Assembly (NCBI GenBank): GCA_021613535.1
Contig: CP075497.1
Location: forward strand, 6,448,001 to 6,512,000
Reading direction: 5' to 3'
DNA: 64,000 bases
DNA from: Adineta vaga
Lineage: Eukaryota; Animalia; Rotifera
The notes below the pieces were generated by a model. The model worked only from the letters and a program-made list of their open reading frames with translations. It had not been told where the DNA came from and did not search any database. A program made the translations under genes and the position numbers. This document shows positions 27,964 to 39,373 of the stretch, one piece after another (the first letter of the stretch is position 1; each line of letters begins with the position of its first letter).

Positions 27964-28477
27964 GAAGAAAAGACAATGCTCAGATTGTCTATGCGAACAC
28001 TAATTGGAGAGAAGAAAGGGAGAGAAAGAAAGAAAATTAACTTCCTTATCGAGTAAACATTGACAAGTAACTGTTAAACGGTGGCAGATAGGATAAAAAT
28101 GAAAGTACTTGAATGGCTTTCTCATCTCTTTGAACTCAATTTCCTATCGATTCATTAATTATTATTATTAAAATTTCATATCAATCCTTTCGAAAACATA
28201 TGTTTCGGTTTGGGATTTATGATGTTATATTCGAAGGAAGGTGTGAATTATAAAGCAAAACAATGACGCGTGCCGTATCCGATACATTCAAATAAAGTCA
28301 AAACATTGAGCAGACAGCAATTAATTATACGGTACGAATAAAAGTGTGACGAAGAATTGAAATTCTTTCACTAAAGTGATTTGTTCAAACTTTTTCTGTC
28401 GAAGACAGTATTTATTAAGAATATCTGATCTAAAATATAATCGAACAAAAGTAAAAGAAAAATCTAGAGTTTAATAT

Positions 28478-28717
28478 TTAAATGTTCCATGATTGTTTAG
28501 TATTTTGTCGAGGATGATATTCAGATTTTGGTCGATATAGTAGTAAATCCAGTTTGATCATTGGTCGAGAACATTTTTCACTGATGATCATTTCCGGCTG
28601 CTGCTGCTGCTGCTGATGATGATTGTCTTTGATAGGATTATAAAAATTCTTCGGTGTTGATGAACGAGGTAATGATGTTAACGTTCTTTTTTTCGGTGTA
28701 CTTGTTTGAAATAACAT
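28478..28717 (-). CDS. Small intronless basic protein, STPK motifs (hypothetical paralogue of 27542-27898)
   Basis: 79-aa ATG ORF with FQTSTPKKR, SSTPK, polyQ and IKLDLLLY. Confidence 0.5.
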   Translation of the reverse strand: MLFQTSTPKKRTLTSLPRSSTPKNFYNPIKDNHHQQQQQQPEMIISEKCSRPMIKLDLLLYRPKSEYHPRQNTKQSWNI

Positions 28718-29405
28718 TTTTCTTACGACAAGATATTCAAGTAATCTCTTCGCTAATTTCTCTTAAAATGATTTCAATTTTCTTATCATATATTATTATC
28801 AGAAAGAGACAGAGAGAGAGAAATGGGGGGGGGGGGAATAAAGAAAGAGAGAGTGATTATACACTTTTTTTCTTTATCAGGAAATAATTAAGTGAGAGAA
28901 AAGAAAGAATATCGATTCGGTTTGATTCGCATTCAAGTGATGATGATTGAATAGTACAAGCTGCGTGCTGTTGAGAAATCTGTTCTACTATTCAGCAGAT
29001 TTTTTTCTCATCCACTACTATCCAAATATTCTGATAAATAGAATGACAATCGAATAGATTTTTTTTCTTGAAAATTAATGTGATAGTGATTAGGCGTGAA
29101 ACAAGCCTTTTCGCACAGTTTCATCCGGTGTATCAAATTGTGTCATAATCGAACAGAACAAGCAGCTGGATCATCTATCTTACATATCATTATGCAAGGA
29201 TTTATTATTTATCAATGATGATGAGTGAACTAAAACGTATGACAATCAACTAATGAATATACACAGGTAAGAAATATGCGATAAGAGAAAATGACATAGA
29301 CACACACACATACATATACATTAAGATTTGAAAACAAGATCGATTGGTTTATGTTGTGACTAGATTTAAAACAGAAAAATTGATAAAATATAAATTTGGA
29401 TTTGT

Positions 29406-32400
29406 TTAACGGGTATTGGATCCTAATAAATGTCTTTCATTGATTCCACTAATACTATTACTTCCACCAATCGACGAAGTTTCCATTGGAGTTCGCATGA
29501 CAATGGAAAGTCGACCTGATTTTAATGACGGAGGCTAAAATAAAGAAAACCCATGAGAATCATTCGATTGTCTGAAGAAAGGAAAATGTTTAAGTATAAG
29601 TGATCACTAGATAAAGATAAAGTAAATCGATTAAATAAGAAAAGCAGACAATAGGACAAGAGGCAATAGGAACGATCAATTGTATAAAAATAAAAATATC
29701 AAGCAATGTAATTTATCATTCAAGCAAATGAATAGACTAAAGAATGTGTAATGATAAAAGATGATTAAAGGTTGAAGACATTGTACAAACAAACATGAGT
29801 TTAATTTTTATTTATCAAATTATTTCATTATGCGAAAATCAAAAGATCTAGTGAGAGAAAGTGCCAATGGGAACAAAAAACAAGGTGGATGCAGGCAGAT
29901 TAAAATGAATGAGAGAAAGTAAATATGTGGATATATATATATGAATATAGTTGTGAATAATTTATTACTGATATCTGCGCGCAATGTTTTTCTTTTTTTA
30001 CATTAGTATTTTTTGGATAACTAAAAACAAAACAACAACAACAACAACAAAACAAAGAAGACGAAGAAGATATTGATGACAATCATCAATAAACAATTCG
30101 AGAGAGAGGAAGGGAAATTTTTGAGATGAAATTCACATCACTGTTACTACCATCATTACAACCATTCTTTTAGTTTTGATATGGTTGTATGTATGTATGT
30201 GCAGTATTATATATGTTTGTCAATAAATGACACATGGAAAAGCGATGTAGAAAATATGATTGGAATGTGTTGAATTAGTTTTTTTTAGTTAGAAGAATGA
30301 AAATCAAATAAGATCTTTTTCTTTGTGTCTATTTCATGACTTACCTTTTTCTTGCCACCTATTAATAATTCTTTATAAGCTTCGGATCGTAAGAATCGAG
30401 CATAGGTATCACGATTCATTAAATTGAAAATATGATCCTAAAAGAAGAAATCAGATTTGAAAAGGAAAATATAAATTCTAACCTGAGCTTCATCAAATGT
30501 ATAACGACTAGCAAAATGAGTCATATTATTTTTTGTTAAATTCATCACACGTTGATCAATATTAATCGAATAGTAAGCACCTTAATATACATAGATGTTT
30601 TTTTTTCTGCATTATTTTCGAAAAAGTGAAATTTACCTGGTGAGAGAAATTCATTATAAATTTCATGAACTCGATTGTGAACATCTTTTTGTGGTGTATG
30701 AAATCGAAGTTGTATACAAGCTTCATAGAATCTTAGATTTTCACTTGAATACTCTTTGTCAAGAAATTTCCAGAAATGATCACGACCAATTGGATCTTTA
30801 AGTAATTCGTTGATTGAAAAGCCCCATCGTTTAACACGTCGTGATGAAATTTCTTTTGCATTACCCATCTTTTCTAATTCCCATAGATCAGTGGAATCAG
30901 TTATCCCTTGAATAAAATATGAATTCTATTTCTGTGAATGAAAAAGTTTCTACTAATGATTGACTAACTCAAAGATCATATTACATAAATTTGATCTATT
31001 CCTTACGTTCTCAAACGAAAATGTTGTTTGATAAGAAGAAAAGTCAAGAGAATTTTAATTATAAGGTTATAAAAATACATTCGTCTTATCAATAGAAGAG
31101 TAAAAAGACGAGAACTTACAAGGGTTAGATGGTTCACATAACGTTAAAAATGGATCAAATTCAGCATATTGCTCGAAATAAGATACGTAACTTTCGCATA
31201 CTTTCGAAGTCTTTAAACATCGTCGATCAAGACGATGTTTTAAGAATTCGATTTCATGACATAATTGATCAACTAATGCTGTTTCATCACATTCACGTAA
31301 TATATCTGTTCGATTCAATGATGATTGTGATGTTTGATTTGATGATGTTGGTCCAGCAGATAATAAACCAACCGTCATTGTCATGAGGTTTCTATTGGCA
31401 GCTAATGCTAATGCTGATGCAGGTCCTGTATTTGGTGTTGATGTTTTTCTTTGATTACTTGTAAATAAATGTGTTGCTAAAAGTGGTGCTTTTCGACGCA
31501 TTAATTTTTTGATATCTTGTTCACTCATGTTCACACAACCAGGTGCAGGACGATAAACATCCCAAAAAGCTCGTTCTTGAGAATCAAGAACATTTCGTTC
31601 GACTTTATCACGTTTTTTATCCACTCTGATTGAATGAATGAGTTGATACATATAGGAAATGTAGTGAAAGAAATTCTTACTTGATTTGTGCTTCAGCTTG
31701 CATGTAAATAAATTCCCATTTTCGAGCAAAAAGTTTTTGTAATCGAGCTAAATTTTCCGCTTCGTAATCAGCCAATTCTAATCGAGTCTTATTTTGCATT
31801 GTTCGTTTACATAAATACACAGCTAGAGAAAGAGAAAAAAGTCTGTTGTTTAGGAAAGATTACCAAGTGTGAAAAAGAGAGAAACAGAGAGAGAGAGAGA
31901 GAGAGTAAATAATGAATGTTAGGGATTAGTCTTAGCAGCAAAATATTCTACCTCTTTTTAATTATATCAATCGTTTCTAATTATGTATAGAAAAAAAATA
32001 ATATGTAAAGGACAAAATCATCGACAGAAGAAGAAATATTACCGTAATCAATATTATCGGGTTCACCGTGATTTGATGGCCAAAAATATGGTGTCTGAAG
32101 AAAAAAAATACATTAATTATTTTCTAATATGTAAAAAAATTGATCTTATTTACTTGAAAACGATAGAATGTACCGTCATTTTTTATCGTTAAAACATGAT
32201 CTTCAATAGGTAAAATCTAAGGAGAAAAGAAAATTTTTCAAATTAGAAAATAAGTCTATAAGAATCTTACATAACCATAAGATGACATAAGGTTAGCGAG
32301 ATGAAGGGCTTCAGCTAAATTATAGAATATCAATTGATAGTTATCTAAAAATAATCACTATAGTTTCACCTGTATCATCAACATCGAGTGTTTTTAAAAT

Positions 32401-32832
32401 CCATTGCATTAAATCACCACCGGTGAAGACACTCGGAATTTTTGACATGAAACTTTTAACAGATTTTATAGGTAAACCTGTATTTTCATCTTGCATTTTT
32501 TCAAGTAATGTTTCAATCTATTCAAAAATATGTTAATCATAAAGCTAAAAACATATTTTCCTTACTTTTTTATACGTAAATAGATTTGGAATTTCATATT
32601 CACGATTGATTCCTTCGATAACACTTGTACTTGAATTTAAAAGAAAATCATTTGGTGTATTTCCACTATCACCTAATGTTCCAGCTGAATCATCCAATGC
32701 TATATGATCATCTGGTTCATGTTGAATCGTTGAAAGGATCGATTTGGGTGCGTTCATACGAACCATTTCTAAGGGTAAGTGTTCGCCAAGTGAATCGTCG
32801 TCAGTGAAAGATGCGCGAGTAATATTGGCCAT
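29406..32832 (-). CDS. RGS7: Regulator of G-protein signalling, R7 family (RGS6/7, egl-10-like): DEP-DHEX-GGL-RGS
   Basis: [23 protein letters not shown] (DEP), [33 protein letters not shown] (DHEX), [14 protein letters not shown] (GGL), [45 protein letters not shown] (RGS). Confidence 0.95.
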
Positions 32833-33128
32833 TCAATGATAACGGGTGGTAATCATAACCATCGCATTATCTAGAATAAAGAAGAAGAAAATGGCAAATT
32901 TTTATTGGCGAGAAAACGTTTAAAGCAGGAACAACATAGATATTTCTTGAAAACTACGAAGAGAAACAACTATAACAACAACAAACATCTATAAAAAAAA
33001 AAGAAAAGAAAATTCATGAACAGGAAATATAAGGATTTAAAGTTTCTATTTGTTCGTTTATTTGCTTTTCCAAAATCTGACTTCTTCGATATTTCATTTC
33101 TTTATTCGATTTTGTTTTCTTTGATTTT

Positions 33129-33962
33129 CTAGTTTGTCACTGGTGCTAAACGATTGATTAAAGATATTGCACTGTAACAAAGACGTGTGACAAATGATGG
33201 ACATTGTGGTCGACTACATAGATGTTCAACAGTTTGACGAAGTTCATAAAATAATGTGCGTGTATATGGATTTCGATGTGATGCATAACGTAATGTTAAA
33301 AATCGATAATACATGAAGATAAGCAAAAAATTTGAACGTGCAACAAAGATTGATAAAATCAATAATGGCATAAGAATAATTTCATTCAATGCTACAAAAC
33401 GAAGTAGATTTGCATGATTTTCTGTAATACGATCGAGATATGATTTGACAATTGGATAACTTGTTAAGATTTGCGATAGAAATGAACATGAATGTAAAAT
33501 AGCATAAGTTGTAATTGGTATAAGTACGATTGTCATTGGTGAACCACTTAGAAATAAAAGTGAATACATTAAGTAATGAGCACTATCTTCACGAATTAAA
33601 TTAAAGAAAAATTCACGTGATAATTGAAACGTTGGGATACGTTGTCGAAGGCGTAATGCTGATGTTACTGCCGATGCTATTAAAGCTTTTGTATAATAAA
33701 CATTCGCTTCAGAATTTGAACGAAAGAATGGTAAAATATACATTAATGTAAAAAATATTGTTGCTAAACGGGATAATAATAAAACAGCATCCGTTTTTCG
33801 TTCTAATAAAACATTGATTAATGATGGAGATGATGATGGTGTTGAACGTGGAGGTGTTTGAGCTGAACTTCTTGGTGGTGGTGATGATGATGTAGATGTA
33901 GCATCATTAGTTTCACTTGCATTTGATGATGCATTGGATGTCACATCTTCGACAAGAACCAT
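33129..33962 (-). CDS. TMEM33: Transmembrane protein 33 (Pom33/Krueppel homolog 2 family), intronless CDS
   Basis: ALIASAVTSALRLRQR, EDSAHYLMYSLLF, LRFVALNEI, YYRFLTLRYASHRNPYTR, CPSF..ISLINRLAP. Confidence 0.95.
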   Translation of the reverse strand: MVLVEDVTSNASSNASETNDATSTSSSPPPRSSAQTPPRSTPSSSPSLINVLLERKTDAVLLLSRLATIFFTLMYILPFFRSNSEANVYYTKALIASAVTSALRLRQRIPTFQLSREFFFNLIREDSAHYLMYSLLFLSGSPMTIVLIPITTYAILHSCSFLSQILTSYPIVKSYLDRITENHANLLRFVALNEIILMPLLILSIFVARSNFLLIFMYYRFLTLRYASHRNPYTRTLFYELRQTVEHLCSRPQCPSFVTRLCYSAISLINRLAPVTN

Positions 33963-34354
33963 GTTGAATAATGAGAATTGATCTTAATAGTATTGCTAGA
34001 GTAGAGTAGACTAGAATAGAGAGTATTATATTATTCTATGTTTCTGACGAGTCAACCATTTAACAGAACAGAAACCTCCAAGAAAATGTGTTTATATATA
34101 GTAACATGAGAATCAATATGAAAAGATTTTTTCATCTCAATTAGTAAATGTAAATTAAGTTTTATGTAAATAATATCAAGATTTTCTATCGTAGTTTTAT
34201 CGTTTTTTGTATATTTTAAATGAATTTGTACTACTAGCGCTACTGAATTTTGATTGGTTGATTTTGTTTAGTAAATCAAACTGGACTAGAGTGGAAGAGA
34301 AGAAGCTTGTATTGTATTGTATTGTGTTATTTTTCTATACATATTCAAGAATCA

Positions 34355-35934
34355 ATGAGGCGCATCGATTCGAAATCTCATCTATGTTCGATATGTAAGA
34401 AATCCTTTTCAAGGCCAAGTAAACTTCAATATCATATTGCTTTTCATCATGAAAAAAAGGTATATTGAGACATATTTAGAAAAAGAACTTCAAGAGTATT
34501 GTTTCTTTTATAGTTCTCATTTGAATGTACTGAATGTGGTAAACCATATTCTAATCAAGATCATGTCAACCGTCATTATCGTAATGTTCATCAACAACAA
34601 AATACAAAAACAAACAAGTATTATCCTATTTCTATATGATATTGTTATCGAGAGTATTTATAATCTAGATTCACTTGTGTCATGGATGATTGTACAAAAA
34701 CATTTGTTAATAAACAAAATCTTGATCGACATATTAAACTTGCTCATGCTAAATCAAAATCAAAACCTGTTCAAGTAGATAAAATTCTTTTGTTTTAATA
34801 TGTATTTAAATTTGAATTTTTCTAGTGTTTTTATTGTTCTGAATTCGTTCCATCATTGGAATCCCACTTAATAACAAAACATGATTCGATATCATCAGAT
34901 AAATTCAAGTATGTTATACATATCAATGTGTTTCTGATTGAGTAACACGAATTATTTAGATGCCTTGATTGTTTGAAAGAATTCTCATCAATAAAACGTT
35001 TGATACATCATCGAATTATTCATACAGGTATGATAAATGATTTGGCAGTAAGGATAAAGAAATGCTTTGTTTTCTTTTATAATTAAGTTTAGACCATCCA
35101 TTGGCCTTTGCGCGTTATATACGGTTAGTAAAAGGTCGGGTGACCACCTTCGAAGACCGTCAATGGATGAATGTAATACAGATATTGTAAAACATTTATC
35201 TCATATTTAGATGAACGTCGAGAAGTCGATGTTCAATGGACAATGAATCGACTATTAGATGAAGTTGAACGAATGCAAAGTAGAGACTTTCAATTTTTTT
35301 ATTCGAATAGTTTTTTTCAAAACAAAATGATGGTTTTTTTGTAGTGTTTCAATGTCATTTATGTCATCGAATATTTCGTTCATTATTTCAACTTGATCAA
35401 CATCGTCATAGTAAAATTCATCAAGAACAATTTCCATGTCCATATTTCAATTGTGTAAAAACATTTCTTCATATGAGAAATCTTCGACATCATGTCAAGT
35501 AGATATTTACTTTTTAGAAAAGGAAATTAATCAAATTGAAAATTTTTATTTTAAGAATTCATCATGAAAATCTCTCTCGTTTATCATGTCCGATGAAATC
35601 TTGTTCAAAAACATTCACATGTCAAGCATCGATCTGTCGACATTTAAGTCGATGTCATTCATTCGATGATATCATCGAACAAATCAATAGGAAACAAAAA
35701 CAATCTCCGAATCGTCAAGAAAATATTCGACGATTTTTAAGTGGTTTCGATAATCGAAAACTTAATCAAGAGAATGAAATCTCCCAACAAATGAAACATC
35801 TTTTTAATCTTTTATTAACTGATGATAATCTCGTACAGATATCCGATGAAAGTATGGAGGTCGGATCAAATGAAGAATCATTCGATCCTAATTTATTGAA
35901 AGGTTATAATGAAATTGGACTTGTTAAATTGTGA
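34355..35934 (+). CDS. GTF3A: Transcription factor IIIA (5S rRNA gene factor), C2H2 zinc-finger array, 8 constitutive exons
   Basis: Eight C2H2 fingers from the spliced exons. The last fingers CPYFNCVKTFLHMRNLRHHVKIHHE..CPMKSCSKTF..SICRHL resemble TFIIIA fingers 8-9. C-terminal IRRFLSGFD matches the TFIIIA LASHLSGY/LTGY motif. An intronic 5S rRNA-like element supports the identity. Confidence 0.75.
35095..35169 (+). ncRNA. 5S rRNA mimic cis-element (helix I analogue, helix V, loop E, helix IV, loop D) in GTF3A intron 5, overlapping a predicted poison cassette exon at 35093-35123
   Basis: CGGTTAGTA-AAAGGTC-GGGTGACC-ACCTTC-GAA-G-ACCG aligns without gaps to eukaryotic 5S CGGTTAGTA-CTTGGAT-GGGTGACC-GCCTGG-GAA-T-ACCG. 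It is closed by a perfect 9-bp stem CATCCATTG/CAATGGATG. Confidence 0.85.
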
Positions 35935-36370
35935 TAATTTCATTTGTTTGTTTTTTCTTGTTATTTCGTTCGCGTTCTAATCGGTGATTTTAGTATTCAA
36001 ATTTTGTTATATCGTTGTTGTTTTTTTTAGATATAAAACGATACTTTTTCAACGAAAACAATCATATCAATCATGACTGAAACTAAATCAGTAAGTATTT
36101 TCAAAATCTAACTTTGAGAAACGAAGAAGTCGTTATTATAACTACGAGTTGTCTTTTCCAATAACCTTGATAATAATTAGAATTTGTTTTTCAAAGAGTA
36201 TTAGTCAATCTTATTTCTTAATCTAGGATTGACTTACACAAATATCGCATAGACTAGATGATGAGTATATTTCGTGTCTTTTTCGTAAGAGAAAAATCAT
36301 TTCGTGAATACATCCATCGGTAATCGTGCGTTCGATCACCTCCCATTTTCTTCAGATAAAATTAACTAAT

Positions 36371-37273
36371 ATGGATACATTACCACAACTACCACCCGAT
36401 ACCGAACCACTTGAACATCAAGTTGCTGGTCATTTCTATGGGCGATCGAAAACAAAATTTGGTTTATTACAAAATCGTTCGAATGGAAATGTTCTCAAAC
36501 CATTACTTAATCCACCACGTGGTCCACGTGAACATAAATTCTATGTTGATATGTTTTCGGAGAAGATTTCTCCTGAACTTCTTTCGTTAAGACCATTTCT
36601 TCCTAAATTATTTGGAACATATGAATTCGATGGAATGACTTATCTAATCTTAGAAAATATCGTTCGATCCTATCAATATCCATGTGCTATTGATATAAAA
36701 CTTGGTCGAATAACATATGATCAAGAAGCGACACCGGAAAAAATCGAACGACAAATAGCAAAATTTGAACCAGCGTCAGAAATTGGTTTTCAAGTACTTG
36801 GTTGGAAAACATATCGACATTCTGATCATTCCTATATTTATCATGATAAGAAATGTGCTCGATCATTGACAAAAGAAGAACTTCTCTATGGTATGGCACA
36901 TTTTTTCGGTGCTCCTGAACGTAATAATCGTGCAATTATTCAAACAGTACTTGATCGTTTAGTTGATCTAGAAGAAACAATGACAAAACAATTTGAATTT
37001 GTTTTTATTGCTTCATCACTTTTGATTGTCTATGATGGTAAAGAGGGAGAAAATGAATCTAAAGTTGATGTACGTCTTGTTGATTTTGCACATGTTTTTC
37101 CATCATCAGTTAAAAATGAGCCCGATGAAAATTTTCTCTTTGGTCTTCGTCATTTCATAAAATATCTCAAAATGTTACTCGATGAAAAGTTTCATTACAA
37201 TTCTATTGATAAATTAGATCATCAAACTAATTTGTCAACATCAACTTGTACGAAAATCTTGTTAAACCAATAA
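36371..37273 (+). CDS. IPMK: Inositol polyphosphate multikinase, intronless CDS
   Basis: EHQVAGH, LKP..RGPREHKFY, YLILENI, PCAIDIKLG (PxxxDxKxG), IGFQVLG, ASSLLIVYDG, VRLVDFAH, DENFLFGL. Confidence 0.95.
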   Translation: MDTLPQLPPDTEPLEHQVAGHFYGRSKTKFGLLQNRSNGNVLKPLLNPPRGPREHKFYVDMFSEKISPELLSLRPFLPKLFGTYEFDGMTYLILENIVRSYQYPCAIDIKLGRITYDQEATPEKIERQIAKFEPASEIGFQVLGWKTYRHSDHSYIYHDKKCARSLTKEELLYGMAHFFGAPERNNRAIIQTVLDRLVDLEETMTKQFEFVFIASSLLIVYDGKEGENESKVDVRLVDFAHVFPSSVKNEPDENFLFGLRHFIKYLKMLLDEKFHYNSIDKLDHQTNLSTSTCTKILLNQ

Positions 37274-37430
37274 TCTCATCTTGTTATATTGATGTTCTCT
37301 TGCTTGAAATCTTCTAATATTTTTGTTCGAACAGTAAACATTTTCTGTTATAAATAAATGATAAACTAACTTAACAAAGCACATCTGTTTTTTCTTTTTG
37401 TTTCACTGCTGATTATATTCATTTTTACAG

Positions 37431-37827
37431 ACACACAAAGCTGAATATCCAGTTGATTATGATTTGGAAGAACAACAGAAAAAACCACATGCTGCATGTG
37501 ATTTACTTCGATATGATTTAAAAATGTGTTTATTAGCGAGTGATTGTTGTAAAGTAAGAAAATCAATGATTATCATATCTAGAAGACAGATGAATTATTA
37601 TGAAATTTTATTCATAGCTTGGACATACACCAAAAGAATGTTTATCCAATGAAAAATTACGAGAATTCGTTCCTGAAGAATGTCGCCGTTTAGCTTATAC
37701 ATTTTTTGAATGCAAACGATCAATGGTAAAGTGTACAATGAAATCTACAACAAATATTGTTTCTTATGCTTTATTTTAGATCGACATGCGTGCACGATTT
37801 CGTGGTCGTAAGGGTGAAATATATTAA
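37431..37827 (+). CDS. COA5: Cytochrome c oxidase assembly factor 5 (Pet191); start exon lies upstream (see findings)
   Basis: ACDLLRYDLKMCLLASDCCK/LGHTPKECL..EECRRLAYTFFECKRSM/IDMRARFRGRKG matches COA5/Pet191. Confidence 0.92.
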
Positions 37828-37952
37828 TGATTGAACTTCATCTTTTCTTTTCTTTTCCTTTTGTATTGTTCATTCAACTTTGTTTTTACATAAAAGTGAT
37901 CCTTGATTTACAGTTATCGATGAATAGATACTTTTAGATTGATAGTTTCCTT

Positions 37953-39373
37953 ATGTTTGCTCGCCGTTTTACAAATATCATAGTACGACGATATGCATCG
38001 ACTGCTGCTGATTTATATAAAGGACTTATTAATGGTGATCGAAGCTGTTTAGCACGAAGTATTACATTAGTAGAATCGACACATGTAGAAAAGCAACATA
38101 AAGCAAAAGAATTATTGAGTCAAGTTTTACAAGGATTAAAACAACGACAAGAAAAACAAGGAAATGTACCAATCAGCTTTCGAATAGGTTCGATACGAGA
38201 GAGAAAGAATTATCTTGAAAAGAGAAGAATAATGTTTGTTTTTAGGATTATCCGGTAGCCCTGGTGCTGGTAAATGGTAAAAGTTTAATTATTTTCCATT
38301 TCTCGAGATGAAAATACTAAAACATTTATTATTTTTCATTCATCATACAAACAACTACTTTCATTTGTATAGGAAAATCAACATTTATTAATGTATTTGG
38401 TCGATTTCTGATTAGTCAAGGACATAAAGTGGCTGTACTAACTGTCGATCCATCATCGTCTACTACTGGAGGTATTTAAATATTGATGATTGAACATTTT
38501 ATATGTTGAAATTTAGGATCGATTCTTGGGGATAAAACACGAATGTTAGAATTATCATGTGAACGAAATGCATATATTCGAACATCACCATCTTCTGGTA
38601 CATTGGGTGGTGTAACTCGTACAACGAATGATGCTATTGCTCTTTGTGAAGCTGCTGGTTATAATATTATTCTTATAGAAACTGTTGGTCAGTTGGAAAA
38701 CCAAAAATTCATATTCTATTTAATGATTTATTTTACTATAGGTGTTGGTCAATCTGAATTTGCTGTTGTAGATATGGTAGATATGTTTTGTGTTCTACTT
38801 CCACCTGGTTCAGGCGATGAATTACAAGGTAAACGAATTCGTGTAGACTTTTATTTTTAATTAATATTCGTATCTAGGAATGAAAAAGGGTATTATGGAA
38901 TTAGTTGATTTAATCATAATAACAAAAGCGGATGGTGAATTAATGCAAGAAGTTCGTCGTTTAAAAACCGAATGGTCAAGTGCTCTTCGATTGATGCGAC
39001 GACGATCTAGCAATTGGTCACCTAAAGTAAATTTTGTTTTCAATCTGATTATTCATTATTATGTTTTTAAAAGGTTCTGTCAGTTTCAGCACGCACAAAT
39101 GAAGGTATCGATAAAGCTTGGTCACAAATGTTTGCTTTTGAAAATGCAATGAAAGATTCCGGTGAATTTATGAGTAAACGTTCTCAACAACTTCGTAAAT
39201 GGATGTGGAATAATGTTAAAGATCGAATGTTAGATCAATTTTTAGCCAATGATGAAATACAAGCTGCTATTCATTCATATGAAGAACGAGTTGTTCGTGG
39301 ACTTATAACACCATTTGCTGCTGCTGATGCTATTTTGTCTTTGTTTTCCAAAGTAAAGCCGCATCAGAACTGA
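37953..39373 (+). CDS. MMAA: Methylmalonic aciduria type A GTPase (MeaB/ArgK family), mitochondrial
   Basis: [82 protein letters not shown]. Confidence 0.96.

Noticed and set aside
28269-28336. CGTGCCGTAT..ATACGGTACG inverted repeat as a miRNA or mini-MITE
   Set aside because: Only 10 bp with a G-T pair and an unpaired interior; no TSD.
35095-35169. A functional 5S rRNA gene
   Set aside because: Only ~75 nt, the beta arm and box A region are missing, there is no oligo-T terminator directly after it, and helices I and IV are re-spelled. It is treated as a mimic.
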